NCBI GenBank assembly: GCA_951406725.2
Contig: OX597832.1
Span: 8,742,001-8,806,000 of the forward strand
Source: Octopus vulgaris
Lineage: Eukaryota
Length of the DNA stretch: 64,000 nucleotides
Direction: 5' to 3'
Shown here: piece after piece, positions 12,880-27,914 of the stretch
How the letters are laid out: the number at the start of each line of letters is the position of its first letter
Numbering within the stretch: the stretch's first letter is position 1
Notes under the pieces: model-generated
Database searches by the model: none
The model's input: the letters and a program-made list of their open reading frames with translations, nothing else
What the model was told of the DNA's origin: nothing
Position numbers and translations under genes: made by a program

Positions 12880-13535
12880 CCACTTCTTTACAGAAGAAGG
12901 CCATTTCTTCGATTAATAAATACTGTCGAGATGTTATGTGACCACCACAGACCCTACAAATAGTTTTAAGCAGATACGTGACTGGAATTGTAATTAAGTC
13001 CCATCTACTCGTTTCAAGATAGATTGTTCAATTCTTCGAGCTTTAAATAATTTACATCTATTGTAGATTATTTGTTTCCAAACCGATCGACCTTACACCA
13101 TCTGCTCCGATTCTTCACATTTCACATTAAGAGCCTTAAGGTTGCTGTTGACAGAATCCCTAATACGTTTCTTAGGTTTATGTATCGGACGTTTGCGAGG
13201 CTGCAACTTCCTGTAAAACAACTGATTTGGTAACTTGTCAACCTGTATCCTAGCAAGATGCCCAGCTCAACACATCTGATTGCGTGTAAGGATCATTTCA
13301 ATAATGGATGTGTCAGCTTGCTGAAGAGCACCGGTGTGTGACGTTAAGGACTTCCATTTGATGTCTAATATCCTCCTTAGTCAAGTTTGATTGAATCTTT
13401 CAAAAACCTTGATGTTGCACCGATATGTCATCTAGTTCTCGGAAGAGTACAGGAGGACCGTTAAAATGCAAAATTCATATATACTAAGCTCGGTTTTGAA
13501 GGAGTTACTTCTGCCAGATAATACACTATTGTTAA
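12880..13535 (-). mobile_element. RTE LINE remnant, post-RT region
   Basis: Minus: KTELSIYEFCILTVLLYSSEN*MTYR...FERFNQT*LRRILDIKW...LPNQLFYRKL...KPKKRIRD. Confidence 0.8.
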
Positions 13536-13970
13536 AAAGCTCTGTATCAGGTATTTGTCGATTTAACAAAAGCCATCGACACTGTTACCATTCTTGGTAA
13601 ACTTGGTTGTCCACCTCAATTTGTTAACTTGTTAAAGCAACTTTATAGTGATACGAAAGCTCACTTTAACTTCAATGGGTCACTATCGGAACCAATTTCC
13701 ATCGATAACGGAGTTAAATAAGCTGATATTGCTGCTCCAACACATTTTTCCATATATTTTGCTGTAACTATCTTTCACGCTTTCCAAGACTGTGACATCG
13801 GCGTGTATATTCGCTTCAGAACCACAGGTAAGGTCTTTGATGTTAAACGCTTTAATGCAAATTCGAAGATATTCCAGGCCCTTGCTCGATAGCTCCTTTA
13901 TGCTGATGATGCAGTTCCCGTTGCTCACACCGAGGAGGTCATGCAGGTTATATTAGATCTCTTCTCTACA
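13536..13970 (+). mobile_element. RTE LINE reverse-transcriptase fragment, inverted relative to its 3' part
   Basis: Plus: LYQVFVDLTKAIDTV...LGCPPQFVNLLKQL...LSEPISIDNGVK...GVYIRFRTTGKVF...LLYADDAV. Confidence 0.85.
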
Positions 13971-14020
13971 GTACACACACACACGCGCACACTCACACAC
14001 AAACACACAAACACACACAC

Positions 14021-14204
<184 letters not shown>

Positions 14205-14314
14205 CGGGTAATTTACGAAAATAATCATAAAATTGACAAAAATCTGATTTTTTCAGGTGTGATACAAACAAACAATTGTATTAGTATGGCGCTCACGAAT
14301 AGAAATAAAACAAG

Positions 14315-14352
14315 TCTTTTACGTTTCGAGCCTACGCTCTTCAACAGAAAGA
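14315..14352 (-). ncRNA. Minimal hammerhead variant (CUGUUGA core) in PLE terminal fragment 14203-14360
   Basis: Minus: UCUUU-CUGUUGA-A-GAGC(GUAG)GCUC-GAAAC-GUA-AAAGA; all stems pair. Confidence 0.7.
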
Positions 14353-14363
14353 TACACTGATAT

Positions 14364-14394
<31 letters not shown>

Positions 14395-14413
14395 CATATT
14401 TATACACACACAA

Positions 14414-14476
<63 letters not shown>

Positions 14477-15150
14477 CAATTTTTTTTTCTGTATGGTCTT
14501 CCACCGATATTTCTTCTTTTTGAAGAATGAAGTCGAACCTGGGTTACCAAACCTATGGACGACCCAAGTAAAATTATTATCCTTTCTATCCAAGAATATA
14601 CCCCACCTACACACATGCAATCAAAAACCTCATGTTTATTTTTAAAATAATGTGTATTTTTTAATTCAGTTGACATTTTATCTAAAAAGCATTTATTTTC
14701 TTCCACAACAATATTCCATTTATGGAGTATTACGCAGAATATTCTACCTTGGCATAAAATTCAGCTGTAGAATAGTGATATAAAACACGGATCTTTTAGC
14801 CTAAGACTGCGAAACAAATTCTTTCAAATCCTTTTCATATTTCGGGAAATGGAAAGAAAAATATTATTCTAAATGCTGATCATGCAAATATGTTAAAAGG
14901 TTTTCGTGACCCCGGGTGACACACACCATGCAATATTTTAAAATGAAATATTGTTGCATATAGGTTATACGATTGGAAGTATTTATTTAAAAAAAACACG
15001 CAATATAGAGTATCCTCTTAAATTATGCATTCATTTATTATTATAGCTATATATTTATACGTATATATGTTTGTCTCTCTGTACGTATGTATACACATAC
15101 ACAAGTCTATATATATATATATATATATATATATGTTCACATGTGCATAA

Positions 15151-15213
<63 letters not shown>

Positions 15214-15253
15214 TATATGCCTGTATGTAAGAATACATACACATTTGTATACA

Positions 15254-15312
<59 letters not shown>

Positions 15313-15659
15313 ATAGATAAAAAACTGAGTGTTCAATAAGCGATAACGTAATGTCATGGAATATGCTGAAGGTATTTCAGTAAAATCCATTGCATGAAAT
15401 TAAGTATATGACATTGCACATTAGAAAATGCAGGAAAACAACGAGCCAGCTGACGCTATATAAGGTATTCAAGTGTTTTAACGTATATGCATTCCTACGA
15501 ATTTAGACTGAATGGAGTTTTCGAATTCCGATCGCGAATATATTCGGAAATTTTTAAAGAGGTTACGGAATTATTTGTTAACACACACGCGCATACACGT
15601 ACGGTATCAGGGGTGTTTGTTTACATATATAAATATATCTATATCTATATCTATATCTA

Positions 15660-15702
<43 letters not shown>

Positions 15703-15705
15703 CTA

Positions 15706-15773
<68 letters not shown>

Positions 15774-15825
15774 TATATATATATGTGTCCAAGACTGGAA
15801 AACACCGTTGTATATATATGTGTAT

Positions 15826-15940
<115 letters not shown>

Positions 15941-16342
15941 CATATATACATATATATTCTAAAGTCATTGATATGCTATAGTCATATGTTACAAGCCAAA
16001 TAATATATGCAATCAAAACGATACTGATGTCAAGACTTTTTCTTGCCGATAAAAATGTAAAGACATTTATATTTCAAAATGAAATTGATTCGGTTCGATC
16101 TGAGAGCGCCCTTCTTTTCGGCAAATGTTTAATATGACTTCGAAATATCCCTTGCCCTTGATATGATGTTTGTTAACCAGAAACTGCGTGATATCCAAAA
16201 GTACATACACACACACAGAAATTTACAAACACACACACGCACACATACACCCACATTAAGACATCTTCTCTGAATGCTAACCTGAGAATTCGCAAATGCC
16301 TGATCGAGATTGCATTTAGATATTGTTAATAATCATTCACAT

Positions 16343-16736
16343 AGGCACAGGATTGGCTATGTGGTAAGTAGCTTGCTTACCAACCACATGGTTCCGGGTT
16401 CAGTCCCACTGTGGGGCACCTTGGACAAGTGTCTTCTGAGTGGATTTGGTAGACGGAAACTGTAAGAAGCCCGTCGTCTATATGTATACGTATGTATATA
16501 TGTTTGTGTGTGTTTGTGTGTGTCTGTGTTTGTCCCCCCCCCCAACATCACTTGACAACCAATGGTGGTGTGTTTGCGTCCCCGTAAATTAGCGTTTCGG
16601 CAAAAGAGACCGATAGATTAAGTACTAGACTTACAAAGAATAAGTCCTGGCGTCGATTTGTTCGACTAAAGGCGGTGCTCCAGCATGGCCACAGTCACAT
16701 GACTGAAACAAGTAAAAGAGTAAAAGAGTAAAGAGT
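16343..16736 (+). mobile_element. Full-length SINE family B (tRNA head, CORE-like, internal TG repeat, GTAAAAGA tail)
   Basis: tggctatgtggtaag A-box, gggttcagtccc B-box, ggcaccttggacaagtg core, tandem tail. Confidence 0.9.
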
Positions 16737-17650
16737 ATAACTTTATAAAGAGTATAATTACCACATCAAAAGGTGGAAATATTTATAAAAGTGGGGGAAA
16801 GATTTAAAATTAGATCTACACTTACTGTACTTTACTTGACGAAGTAAGTAACATTTTGCAGTGGTTATATCTTTATGAAATATCTTTATGTCACTTGATA
16901 AAGAAATTCCTGCAGGAAATCAACCTTACATACTCGATGTACGTCCGAAAAAAAACGCCATCCGAATTTTCACGAGGGATCGCTCACTGCGACACACCAA
17001 ATTCTGCTCTACACACTTTAAAACTTCCAGTCAGCTTCTATATCTATATCCGTCTCCCGTTCTCTAGTTATTTATAATGAGACTGCCTATACATTTTTCG
17101 CACAATAACCACAAATCAAACATTTCAGTTTTGTAGACTTCCTTTTCAACCTATGTACTGTCGTTATGCAGTTGTTCAAAAAGAGTCTACATTGCATCGA
17201 TTTCACGGACTCACACAGCCTGGATAAGCTGTCGTTTCATATTTCTTCTCAATAAAATCTTTGAAGTAGAAAATCTATATGTTTTGGCCATCATGACCGG
17301 CGCAATAACATATTTTGTTCGGTGTAGTATTTATCATTTTTGCTTTTAAGTTTAGCAAAAGATGAACCATTTAGCTCAGATGTATGAACTTAATTATTCA
17401 TAACAGGCCTACCCATATTTGAAAAGTATGTAGGACTGCACTTTATGCGATTCTTTTTTGTCCGTAAGATGACGGTCGGTGATATCAGAGTGATTCGATT
17501 TATGATTATAATAGATAACAGATAGAGTTACCCGATAGAAGATTTTTTTCGAAGTAATATTGTTTTGGAGATGATGTGACCAAAAGATAAAACACGCGGC
17601 TAAATATATTGATATAATGCACACGTCTTGCATACGTCTATCTATCAATC

Positions 17651-18030
17651 TCTTATCTTTTATCTTTTACTTGTTTCAGTCATTAGGCTGCGGCTTAAAT
17701 CAATTTAAGCTGAATGTAATAACCCCAGGACTTACAATTTATAAGCCTGGTACTTATTCATATCAGTCTTTTGCCGAACCGCTAAGTTACGGGGACGTAA
17801 ACACACTAGCACCATACGCTATGCAATAGGAAGAATGAACACAGAGAAACACACACACACGCACACGATGGGCTTCTTTCCGTTTCCGTCTACCAAATCC
17901 ACTCACAAGGCTTAGGTCGGCTTAGGTGACTATAGTAGAAAACACCTGCCTAGTTGCCTCGCAGTGGGACCGAACCCGAACCATATGATTGGAAATCAAG
18001 CTTCTTACCACACAGCCACAGCTGCGCCTA
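17651..18030 (-). mobile_element. SINE family B
   Basis: Reverse complement of 16343-16736. Confidence 0.85.
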
Positions 18031-18490
18031 TCTATATTCTGGATCCCTATCATGTCAAGATCTCATTAGTATTTCCCTCTTCTGATGCTAATAAAGTAAA
18101 ACCACTCATATACTCGGGTTGATTCATTTGATTACCCAACTGAGTAGAATATGTACCTGGTGCCTTTCAGCAAAGGTACACATTTTTGTAGATGTTGATT
18201 TGTTTTAATCTCGACAGAGCTGTGTCCTTTATGATTGGTATTCTGTCTTCTATGTTGCCATAGTTACAGCGTTCATCATCAATCTTCATTTTTCTTCGTA
18301 ATACGAATAAATTATCAATAAATGGCTGTCCACATAAAACATGCCTCTACTTATCTGTATCCCTCTCTCACCTATCTCTCTCTCTCCCCTATCACTCTCT
18401 CCCTTTCTCTCTCTGTCTCTGCCTGTCTGCCTTCCTTCCTGTATACTAAACTCCCTGTTTGTTTGTCTGCCTGTGTGTCTTCCTGTTTCC

Positions 18491-18546
<56 letters not shown>

Positions 18547-18547
18547 A

Positions 18548-18622
<75 letters not shown>

Positions 18623-18623
<1 letters not shown>

Positions 18624-19020
18624 AAAAAAGATGGGTGAATGTAGCAAGGATGGCACGTATGAATGACGAAGCCACCTTGAGCATAATCCTATGAACCTAG
18701 AAATTGAAAACAGAGGGTTACCCACTTGCAAACAAATGTGGTAACATATAACAATATTGACCAAGGTTACCGTGGTCTTTTTCGTAGGCTTTTCTTCCCA
18801 CGGATAAACCTTACTTGCTTTCCCCTTTACACCATATATCATAACACTGTGATACACGATCCCTATTGATCGTTTTTTTTCCTCTTCCCCTTTTTCTTCT
18901 TTTTTCATTTCTCTTTTCTTTTGTTCCTTTTCCTTTTCTTCTTTTTTTATTTTAAATTAAAAAAATTTTTTTTTTGTTCTTTTCTTTCCTTTTACGATCC
19001 CGCTTGATCGAAAACCACCC
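18623..19020 (+). mobile_element. 3' fragment of an L1/Tx1-like LINE flanked by a long direct duplication
   Basis: Encodes [22 protein letters not shown], homologous to 37545-37615; T-rich UTR; clade assignment from recall. Confidence 0.65.
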
Positions 19021-21099
19021 TCTCCCTTTCTCTCTCTGTCTCTGCCTGTCTGCCTTCCTTCCTGTATACTAAACTCCCTGTTTGTGTGTCTGCCTGCGTG
19101 TCTTCCTCTTTCCCTATCTATCTATCCATCTATCTATCTCTCTATCTATCTCTCTATCTATCTATATATCTATCTATCTATCTATCTCTATCTCTTTATA
19201 TGTCAGTATGAAAAATATACATATTGTGTATAAAACGAACTGTTAAAACTGCGAAATATATCTCTGTTTTCTTTCAATTTCCCCAAGAACCAATCACTAG
19301 CAGTAGTTGTTAATGAGAGGGATACGTTAGAAAAGTTTCATCTATATTTAGCTTTCCTTCTTACATAAAGTGGTGCCTACATCTATGAAGCGATCAAAAG
19401 CAGACGGCATCCTCCAGACGCTTAAACAGAAGAAGCGACATGAGACGACTATGTAGTTAATTGCACCGTGAAGCCATTCAATATGTGAAAGAAGTCTTTG
19501 GGGGGAAAAAATCTATTTTATTAGTCTTGTGTAATAATGTAGTACAACTAGAAATTCATTAGACGCACAATTTTCTAGATTGGATAACATCCAATAAATT
19601 AATGAGGCAGATATTTCGAAATTCTGCGAACAGACAGGTTCTGTTGGAACAATCCCTAGAACATCACTTGCTTAAGATCAACAAATTGACAATTACAACT
19701 AATTGCCTGACATTCTAATAGTTGGATTAGCCAAATTCGTCATTAAATGAGTGCATTTGCGTTTCTTCAGTTATTAACGTTGACATTGCGAAATGAATGT
19801 TCACCTTTTGGCACATTGCATTCAATACAGCAGCATCTAACATTCGATAAATTTCAACCTTCATCTGTAATAAAATAGTTACAAGGACTTGTATGATTCC
19901 CTTGCCTCAGAATTTCCATAATGAAATTGGCTGCTAAATCTTTTATTTGATTAGCGTTAATATAATTGTCAGTATTAGTTATTGATTTAAGTATAGATAG
20001 ATGCAATCTTCGAGTTGGTGGCTGTTGTTTGACTGTTTGCAATATATTTAGAACCAAAATAATTATAAGGAAAAACTACTTTCTAATCGACGCGGAAACC
20101 ACCGAACCCTTCGGAAAATTCAAAACAATTCACTCTTTGCAGTCATTTGGACAAAGTTTCCAGTGCGACGGCATCAATTGTAAATAAACCAGCCATACCC
20201 CAGTAACACAAATTTTCAGAGTTTTTACAAAAGCAATGAGCTCTTGTCACATATTTCTAGCTAATCTATAGCAATATATAAAACAACAACATAGCTCGAT
20301 CGTCTGATCATTTGTGTTGGTTGTTGTCGAAGTTGCTTTTCGGCTCATGCATATCTTGATGAAGATCTATTTTCAGAAGCAAACCTCTCTTTTTTGTGGA
20401 TATCAATATCTAGGACATACACTACCCTTATTACTTAACACAGTATTCTATGATTTGAATATTGTGTTATATATAGCACATTGAAAAACCAGGTAGAGGG
20501 CAGTTGCTCGTTTGCGTTCAATTTTGTTGGGTTAACAAGTAGAGAACATACATAATCTCCATATTCTGAAAGCATCTAAACGGATAGATTACTGAGCATG
20601 AATTAAAGATAGAACTGAGAACAGTCATGAAATTTATAACATAATCAGGTGTGAAATAATTGCGCAAGAAATTCCTTTTTAAGTGTATTGTAAAACCTTA
20701 AACGATATCGAAAATATTACGAACATATAACTGGCACTCCGTCGAGTACGATGACGAGTGCTCTACGTGGACCGAAAAATGGAACAGCCTGCTTGTGAAG
20801 TTAACGTGTAAATAGCTGGCCACTCAACAGACACGTGTACCCTTAGTGTAGATCGCAAGTGATTGCTTAAGGAGTATGCTTTGTTACCTTGTGCCATGCA
20901 TTTCCAAATTGCTTAATGTATCCATCTTATAATGAACAAAAGTGTACAGGTTCTCGTCACTCCGGGCAATAACCCAGCAGAATATCCTGGATGGGAAGCT
21001 TTAGTGGGCGAGGGTTGTATCAGAACTTTACAACCGATGAAAATTGTCTTCGTGTTACTTTGTTCGTGAAATTCCATTGGATTTATCATAGGCAAGGAG

Positions 21100-21810
21100 T
21101 ACGAAGGCAGGATGGATTAATTTTTATGCTACGACTGGAGTACCTGTATTCTTGCGGATTACCGGATTTGCGGAATTGTGTAACCGTGAATTGAACTGTC
21201 TTCCTTCGTTCTTTTTCTCTGCTTTGTCTTTCTGTTCTTTTTTTTTGTGTTTTTTACTGAACTTTTATTTAGAACATTTGAACTTTCTTTTGAACTCATT
21301 GTCTTTCTTTGTTTTTAAAATCATGGCAATAAAGAAAAACACTGTGCTGGTGTGGGAAATTTTGCCCCCCCCCCAGGCAGTGGATAAAGGACTGTAATGA
21401 GCGAATGGTGGTGTTGAGAACATATTTCATGTTCCTTGATACCATCACTGTGTTCTCTCAAGTCGAAATCGAAAACGATTTGGCAGAATACCTGCCAACT
21501 ATCAAGTATATTGCAAACTTGTCAAATTTGCAACTCTATGGTTGCTTTTTGACACCCCTAAGGAAGGCTAGCTTTCCTTTAGCCAGTTCCTGGAAGGGGA
21601 AAAATTTTGTTTCTCCCCACATTTCGTGGGAGGAAATTGACAAGAGCCTGGGTGAGTGGGCCGCCACCCGAAATAGAGCCTGAGTGGATAGAGGACACTA
21701 TCTTTCGGGGTCTGGGTGGCAGCGGAGCCAGGCTCTTGGATGTTAAAATGCTTCCTGTTGCTGATAGGGTGGGATCGAAAGCAATTTTGACCCTATGGAC
21801 TCAATCAGCC
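21100..21810 (+). mobile_element. Degenerate 5' UTR/ORF1 of an L1/Tx1-like LINE
   Basis: Frameshifted peptides VVLRTY...EIENDLAEYLPTIKYI and LPTFRGRKLTRAWVSGPPPEIEPEWI; assignment from recall only. Confidence 0.45.
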
Positions 21811-21970
21811 CAATATCTGCCTGAAACAAATAAAAGAATATATAAATATATATTCTTTTATTCTTAGCACCTACCACCTTAGGCATGTGTTTCTACTATA
21901 GTCTCGGGCCAAACAAAACCTTAAGAGAGGATTTTTTAAACGGAATGTGGAAGATATGTATACATACATG

Positions 21971-22008
<38 letters not shown>

Positions 22009-22111
22009 AATAAGGGTGAAAAATGTAATATTAATTTTATTAATGCCAATTTAGAACCAGTGATCTAGCATATAGAAAAATTATATTACACACACACACA
22101 CACACACACCA

Positions 22112-22161
<50 letters not shown>

Positions 22162-22680
22162 ATATGTATGTATGTCTATGTATGTTTTAGAGTGTGTTTG
22201 TGTAAAACATTAGATAGAGAATATAGTATAAGAAGCGTGTTACAGATTCTATATGCAATTGTACTGATCATTCAAAATAAGAAACATATCTCTATTTCAT
22301 CTCCTACTAAGAGATAAATATGTAAAACGGAAGTAAAACTCATGTCTACATTTCTTTGGTCATTATACACATCATTTACGCATTAAACAATTCTAGACAC
22401 CAACACCACCACCAACAACAACAACAAACAGCAACAACGACGACGACAACAACAACAACAACAATAACGAGAGTGACATGGTTAAATTAGTAAACTGTGT
22501 GACATAACATTTCTGATTTATACACAAATAAGTTAATACACTGTGTACGTCTTATAAATTAATATAACGCATGAAATATGTACGTATGCTAATGCATCGA
22601 GATAAGGAGATAACATGTTAGCGTGTGGAATATAAGGGTCATATAATTTATAAATGATATAAGGGATGATATTATGAGCA

Positions 22681-23040
22681 AGATTAGCACCGCACTTTAG
22701 TGTTATGAACGTCAACATTTTATCAAAACTGTATAAAATTATTCAATATATAATAGCTATATACTTTGATTCAAACTACATAAAATTATCCAACATTTAA
22801 CAGAAGGATCACAGATAACCATATAGTGGCGAAGATATTTGTTAATTAAATGTTTTTGTACAAATTATGAACTAGATTAGCACCGCACTTCAGTGTTATG
22901 AACGTCAACATTTTATCAAAACTGTATAAAATTATTCAACATATAATATTTATACAATTTGATTCAAACTATATAAAATTATTCAAAATTTAACAGAAGG
23001 ATCACAGATAACCATATAGTGGAGTAGATATTTGTTAATT
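22681..23040 (+). repeat. Tandem duplication, period ~194 bp
   Basis: agattagcaccgcactt...gatatttgttaatt at 22681-22847 and 22875-23040. Confidence 0.9.
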
Positions 23041-24036
23041 TCTAGCGAAATTAAAAAGAGAAATTAAAAAACCACTGGCGATGATTTCGAAATTTTGGCT
23101 TAGGATTCGTCTTTGCACTAACGATTGAGGGCGGCTGACAAGCGATAACTTGGAAGTCACTGTCAAACTTTTTGCTTTCATAAATTTGAAGTTATAAGGA
23201 ATAACGTTTTCGTATAGAAATTGGTCAACTCTACAATCAATTGTATCGAAGGCAATACTTCCCAGTTGCTTATTTTATATATACTCGAAGGATTTCATTC
23301 AAATCTATACGTAACATTAATCGAAATCTGAACATAACAAAGTGTAATTCAATGCTACATGGCGCATCTTTCGATGCTGCACTACCTATTCAGTAAACCA
23401 GTCACAATTTTATCCATCGGTCTTCAAAATCAGTTACAGAATATCAACGATATCAGTAGAAAGAATATACTCTAGAATCGGAAGGCAATACTCCATTTTT
23501 CCCACTCCAGAAAATACGGCGATTATCAAATAGAAATCTTTAGTATGACATTGGCGTCTCAACATATCAAATGCCACGAAAACAACAACTGACAGCCCAT
23601 CAATGTAAAGACAGAAATAGTCACGTATTTTGATTTAATCGATGAGGTAAAATAAATGTAGGTCGCTACATCATGTGATAGGCTAAGAAATCAAATATAC
23701 TTGTCCTGAGAAATTCCACTAATACTACATACTACATAATACATCTACAGAAGGAACAACTGGATAAAACGTATACCATTAAGCCAAATCATCTTAGGAT
23801 CAAAATGTCGAATACCGACGCAGCGTACACGAATGCACACGCACACACATGCACACACACGCACAAGAGCACACACACACAAACAACCAAACCTACAGAC
23901 GCATATATATATATATATATAAGTTTTATATATATACAATGATCCTTGTACTTCGCTGCCTCTTATGCCAACGTAATAATGATACGTACAGTGAACTAGA
24001 TAGTTTTCTCTAGGTTTAAGGAAACGTTTTGGTGAG

Positions 24037-24096
<60 letters not shown>

Positions 24097-24882
24097 TATA
24101 TATATATATATATATATATTCATGCATAATTACTTATCATCAATACTAGGGCCAGACGAAATGATTATCTCCAAAACAAACCAGATAGATTGGTAGAACA
24201 CTGTACTCACCCGAGAGAATATTATAAAGGAAGCAATCGAGAAGATTTATTTTTAGTTTGAAATATGCTGAGCTGCTGGAGTCGAAGATAGATACCACGG
24301 CTGCAAGCCGATTTCACTTCAGAGGCTACAGCTGGGTATCAGAGGAAAAATGAATCAGAATAGAATTCAGATAGCTGTACATGAAGCAGAGGTTCTTATA
24401 TAGATCAGCTCGTGCGTGCCTTTGAATGAGTAATATTAAACAGATTACCTCCAGCTGGAGAAAAGTTTGGGTTACATAAATATTTTCCTGATTGTAATCT
24501 AAAAATATGTGACATTCGTGAAAGAACAGAAACTCCCAATGATATGATCACAGAGAGCATCACTGATAATATTTACTGGGGCATTTGCAAGATTACAAAT
24601 GAAAACACACTATATATTGTGTACATGTGTGTGGTGCATATTTGTATGTTTATATATATATATATATATATAATTAAATGTGTAGCTCATCAGTAATTTG
24701 AACCTGAAGGTAAAATTAAATCGTCGATCCGACTATATATGCTGGGGACTTACCTTCCTTTTTCAGTCATAGAGATAGTGACTTGTGGCTTTTAAGTTGT
24801 TTTGACTCTTCTTTCTAAGAATAGTGGAACTAGTCAATATCCTCTGTCACTTTTTTCACCTCTTTTCATATATATATATATA

Positions 24883-25060
24883 TAGGGAGAGTTTACGAAA
24901 ACACAAAAAAAACAAAAAAAATACGAGGACAGGTGGTGTACAATGCCCAGGAATAGGAAAAGTATTTTGCGTTTAGAGCCTACGCTCTTCTACAGAAAGG
25001 GATACAGAAAAAAAGTACACCAAAATAATGTGTGTAGTGCCTAACGATCTATCATATTAT
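24883..25060 (-). mobile_element. PLE terminal fragment in (TA)n with decayed hammerhead (24964-24999)
   Basis: Minus: cttt-CUGUAGA-a-gagcgtaggctc-UAAAC-GCA; same family as 14203-14360. Confidence 0.65.
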
Positions 25061-25080
25061 ATATATATATATATATATAT

Positions 25081-25135
<55 letters not shown>

Positions 25136-25452
25136 ATTATAAATATAAACATATATATATATTGATTTCAAAGCGTTTAAAATGCGTTTTAACGCTTTGA
25201 AACTGGTGATACGTTTGAATCTTCAGTTTCAAGCCCCTAAAAAAACTCTGTAGATGAAAGATTTGGATATTTCTAAATCACTATGCTCAGCCTTTATAAC
25301 CAAAATAACACCATGCCTCTTCCTATTTTGAGTAAGCTGAGGATGTGCCGTTATTATATTCTGAAAGAAAGATTATATAGAGTTAGCAAAAGTTGTAGTA
25401 ATGACACCGAAAAGTTATGTCCTCTAATACCTTACGCATCTTGTATATACAT

Positions 25453-25560
<108 letters not shown>

Positions 25561-25991
25561 GTGTTCATAAAAGTCAATAATATTAAAAATACCTGTGCAT
25601 CAAATTGTTTGAAGGTACAAAGCTCATTAGTGTTAGAAGTGATCGACTAGAAATGAATATCATCAAAGTTTCACTCATACTGAGTTAAGAGGGAAAAAAA
25701 CAAGGGAGAAAAGAAGATAGCAAAGAAAGGGATTTGGTTTACAATTTCTCTTTCCGTCGTGTGTAGGACCTTTCGCTTGTAACGGTGTGTTTTCGAATCC
25801 GGTGTATTTATAATTTTTTTCGCGAGTGGATCTGATTTTTGATTCGTTAAAATAATGGTGACGTCTTCTTTTTGTGGTTCTCAGCTTTGTCGTTCTTCCT
25901 GGTTGGCTTCCCTGTTGGGAACGATCAGCAATCATCCCGGTTGCTTGATTCTCTTAAAGGATCATTTTGTTGTATTTGCTCTATTCCTATT

Positions 25992-26219
25992 TCTTTATTA
26001 CCCACAAGGGGCTAAACACAGAGCGGACAAACAAGGACAGACATAGGTATTAAGTCGATTACATCGACCCCAGTGCGTAACTGGTACTTAATTTATCGAC
26101 CCCGAAAGGATGAAAGGCAAAGTCGACCTCGGCGGAAAAATTGAACTGACAACGTAACGCAGACGAAATGCCGTTAAGCATTTTGCCCGGCGTGCTAACG
26201 TTTCTGCCAGCTCGCCGCC
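25992..26219 (-). mobile_element. Young full-length SINE family A with 17-bp TSD
   Basis: tttgctctattcctatt at 25975-25991 and 26222-26238; head ggcggcgagctggcagaaacgttagc. Confidence 0.92.
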
Positions 26220-27510
26220 TTTTTGCTCTATTCCTATTAACTCTATTTGCTCTATTCCGGTTAACTTTATCTATTTGCTCTATTCCGGCTAACTTTATCT
26301 CTTCCCTACCTCAAATTGTAAAATCCTGTCTCTTTAAATGTGAGTTATATATATTCCTTATTATTTTCTATAAATTCTTATTTTGATTTCTTATTTTGAT
26401 AATAAATTGTTACTGTCCTTAAATAGATATTTTTCAGTTACTTAGGTCTATGCGAGATGGTTATACTATATCCATATAAACGTTATAACCTGTTATCCCT
26501 TATAAATTGTTAATTCTCTTGTTCCTAAATAGATACTTTTTAGTTACATACATCTATGCGAGATGGTTACATGTTATTCATATAAACGTATAAATATTTC
26601 TGTATAAATGCATGTGTGCACATACATAAATATATGTGTGTATCTACAAATCTTTCTTTAAAAATTTTTTTCTGATTCTTGGTTAATAATTTATATATAG
26701 ATAGCATGTTTATCATTCCAGTATTCCATAAATAAATGCCGTAAACAGTCTCCATAGAAACCACTAATAAGTAAATAATTAATTACATGGATGAATATTA
26801 CACTGATTCTATGTTATATTTTCTTTTTAATGTTTAAAATTGATATACACACACATTTTACCTATTTTGGTTATAATATCATTGTTGATAATCTTAAATG
26901 TTATTTTATTTTTATACAACATAACAATATTGTTTATTAATAATCACCCACAGTATCCCATGATAAAATTTCCTCTGTATTACCATCATAAGATTTATTA
27001 GTGTCTTGCCCCTTTAAGTGGTTATTATTATCATGATTTAGGGTTTTCCTTTACCCAACCTTCTTTTATAGAAAGTTAATTTATACACAAATTACTAATG
27101 CCCTGACGATATTTATGATCACACTATGGCATGAGCTGTCAACTCACTCTTGCCCTTCATTCCAAACAGACACAATCCTCTAGCTTTAGACTTAGCAGTT
27201 GATACAAAGTCAAATAAATTAGAAATGAAACAAAATATTTTAAAAGCTATGATTCCAGTGGGCTTCATGACATTTCTACTCTTAGTTACAATAGCGACAA
27301 AATGGATTTCTTCCATCTTCTTGCTCCGTTAAAGAATTTGAGAAACATTATATTAATATGTGCAACTGATTAAAATTCTATTTATTTTGCAGCCGATGAT
27401 AGTAATCATTGCATTGTTCAATTTTATTTATTTTACTTCGAGCTGCGCTGATAATACCGGACTGACATGGGGCTTTAACGTAAGTATCTCATTGAAGTGA
27501 ATCTGAATTA

Positions 27511-27549
<39 letters not shown>

Positions 27550-27567
27550 ACAAACACACACACATCC

Positions 27568-27599
<32 letters not shown>

Positions 27600-27636
27600 G
27601 ACCATACATTAACATGATTATATATATGTTTGTATA

Positions 27637-27688
<52 letters not shown>

Positions 27689-27780
27689 TGCTTCGAATGA
27701 CCCATCCGTGTCTTTTGTATCGTCTGTCTAGATGTTTTGCGTTCTTGTCCCATTTTGTGTATATATATATAGTAATTATG

Positions 27781-27914
27781 TTAATGTCTGGTCATAGAGT
27801 GATGAATGGTTTTGTATCCGCAAAGGGCTTAATCTCGCGGATATGATATCTGATCTACCAGGCGTAGGTCTTTTTGGATGCGAAACCTTTGGTCACACTG
27901 TGACCGGACGTTAA
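27781..27914. mobile_element. TTAA-bounded hairpin MITE (piggyBac-like)
   Basis: ~40-bp imperfect inverted arms 27780-27819 and 27876-27915, TTAA at both ends. Confidence 0.6.

Noticed and set aside
24676-24700. Minus-strand CUGAUGAG (also ~38334)
   Set aside because: No downstream GAAA or stems; truncated or chance.
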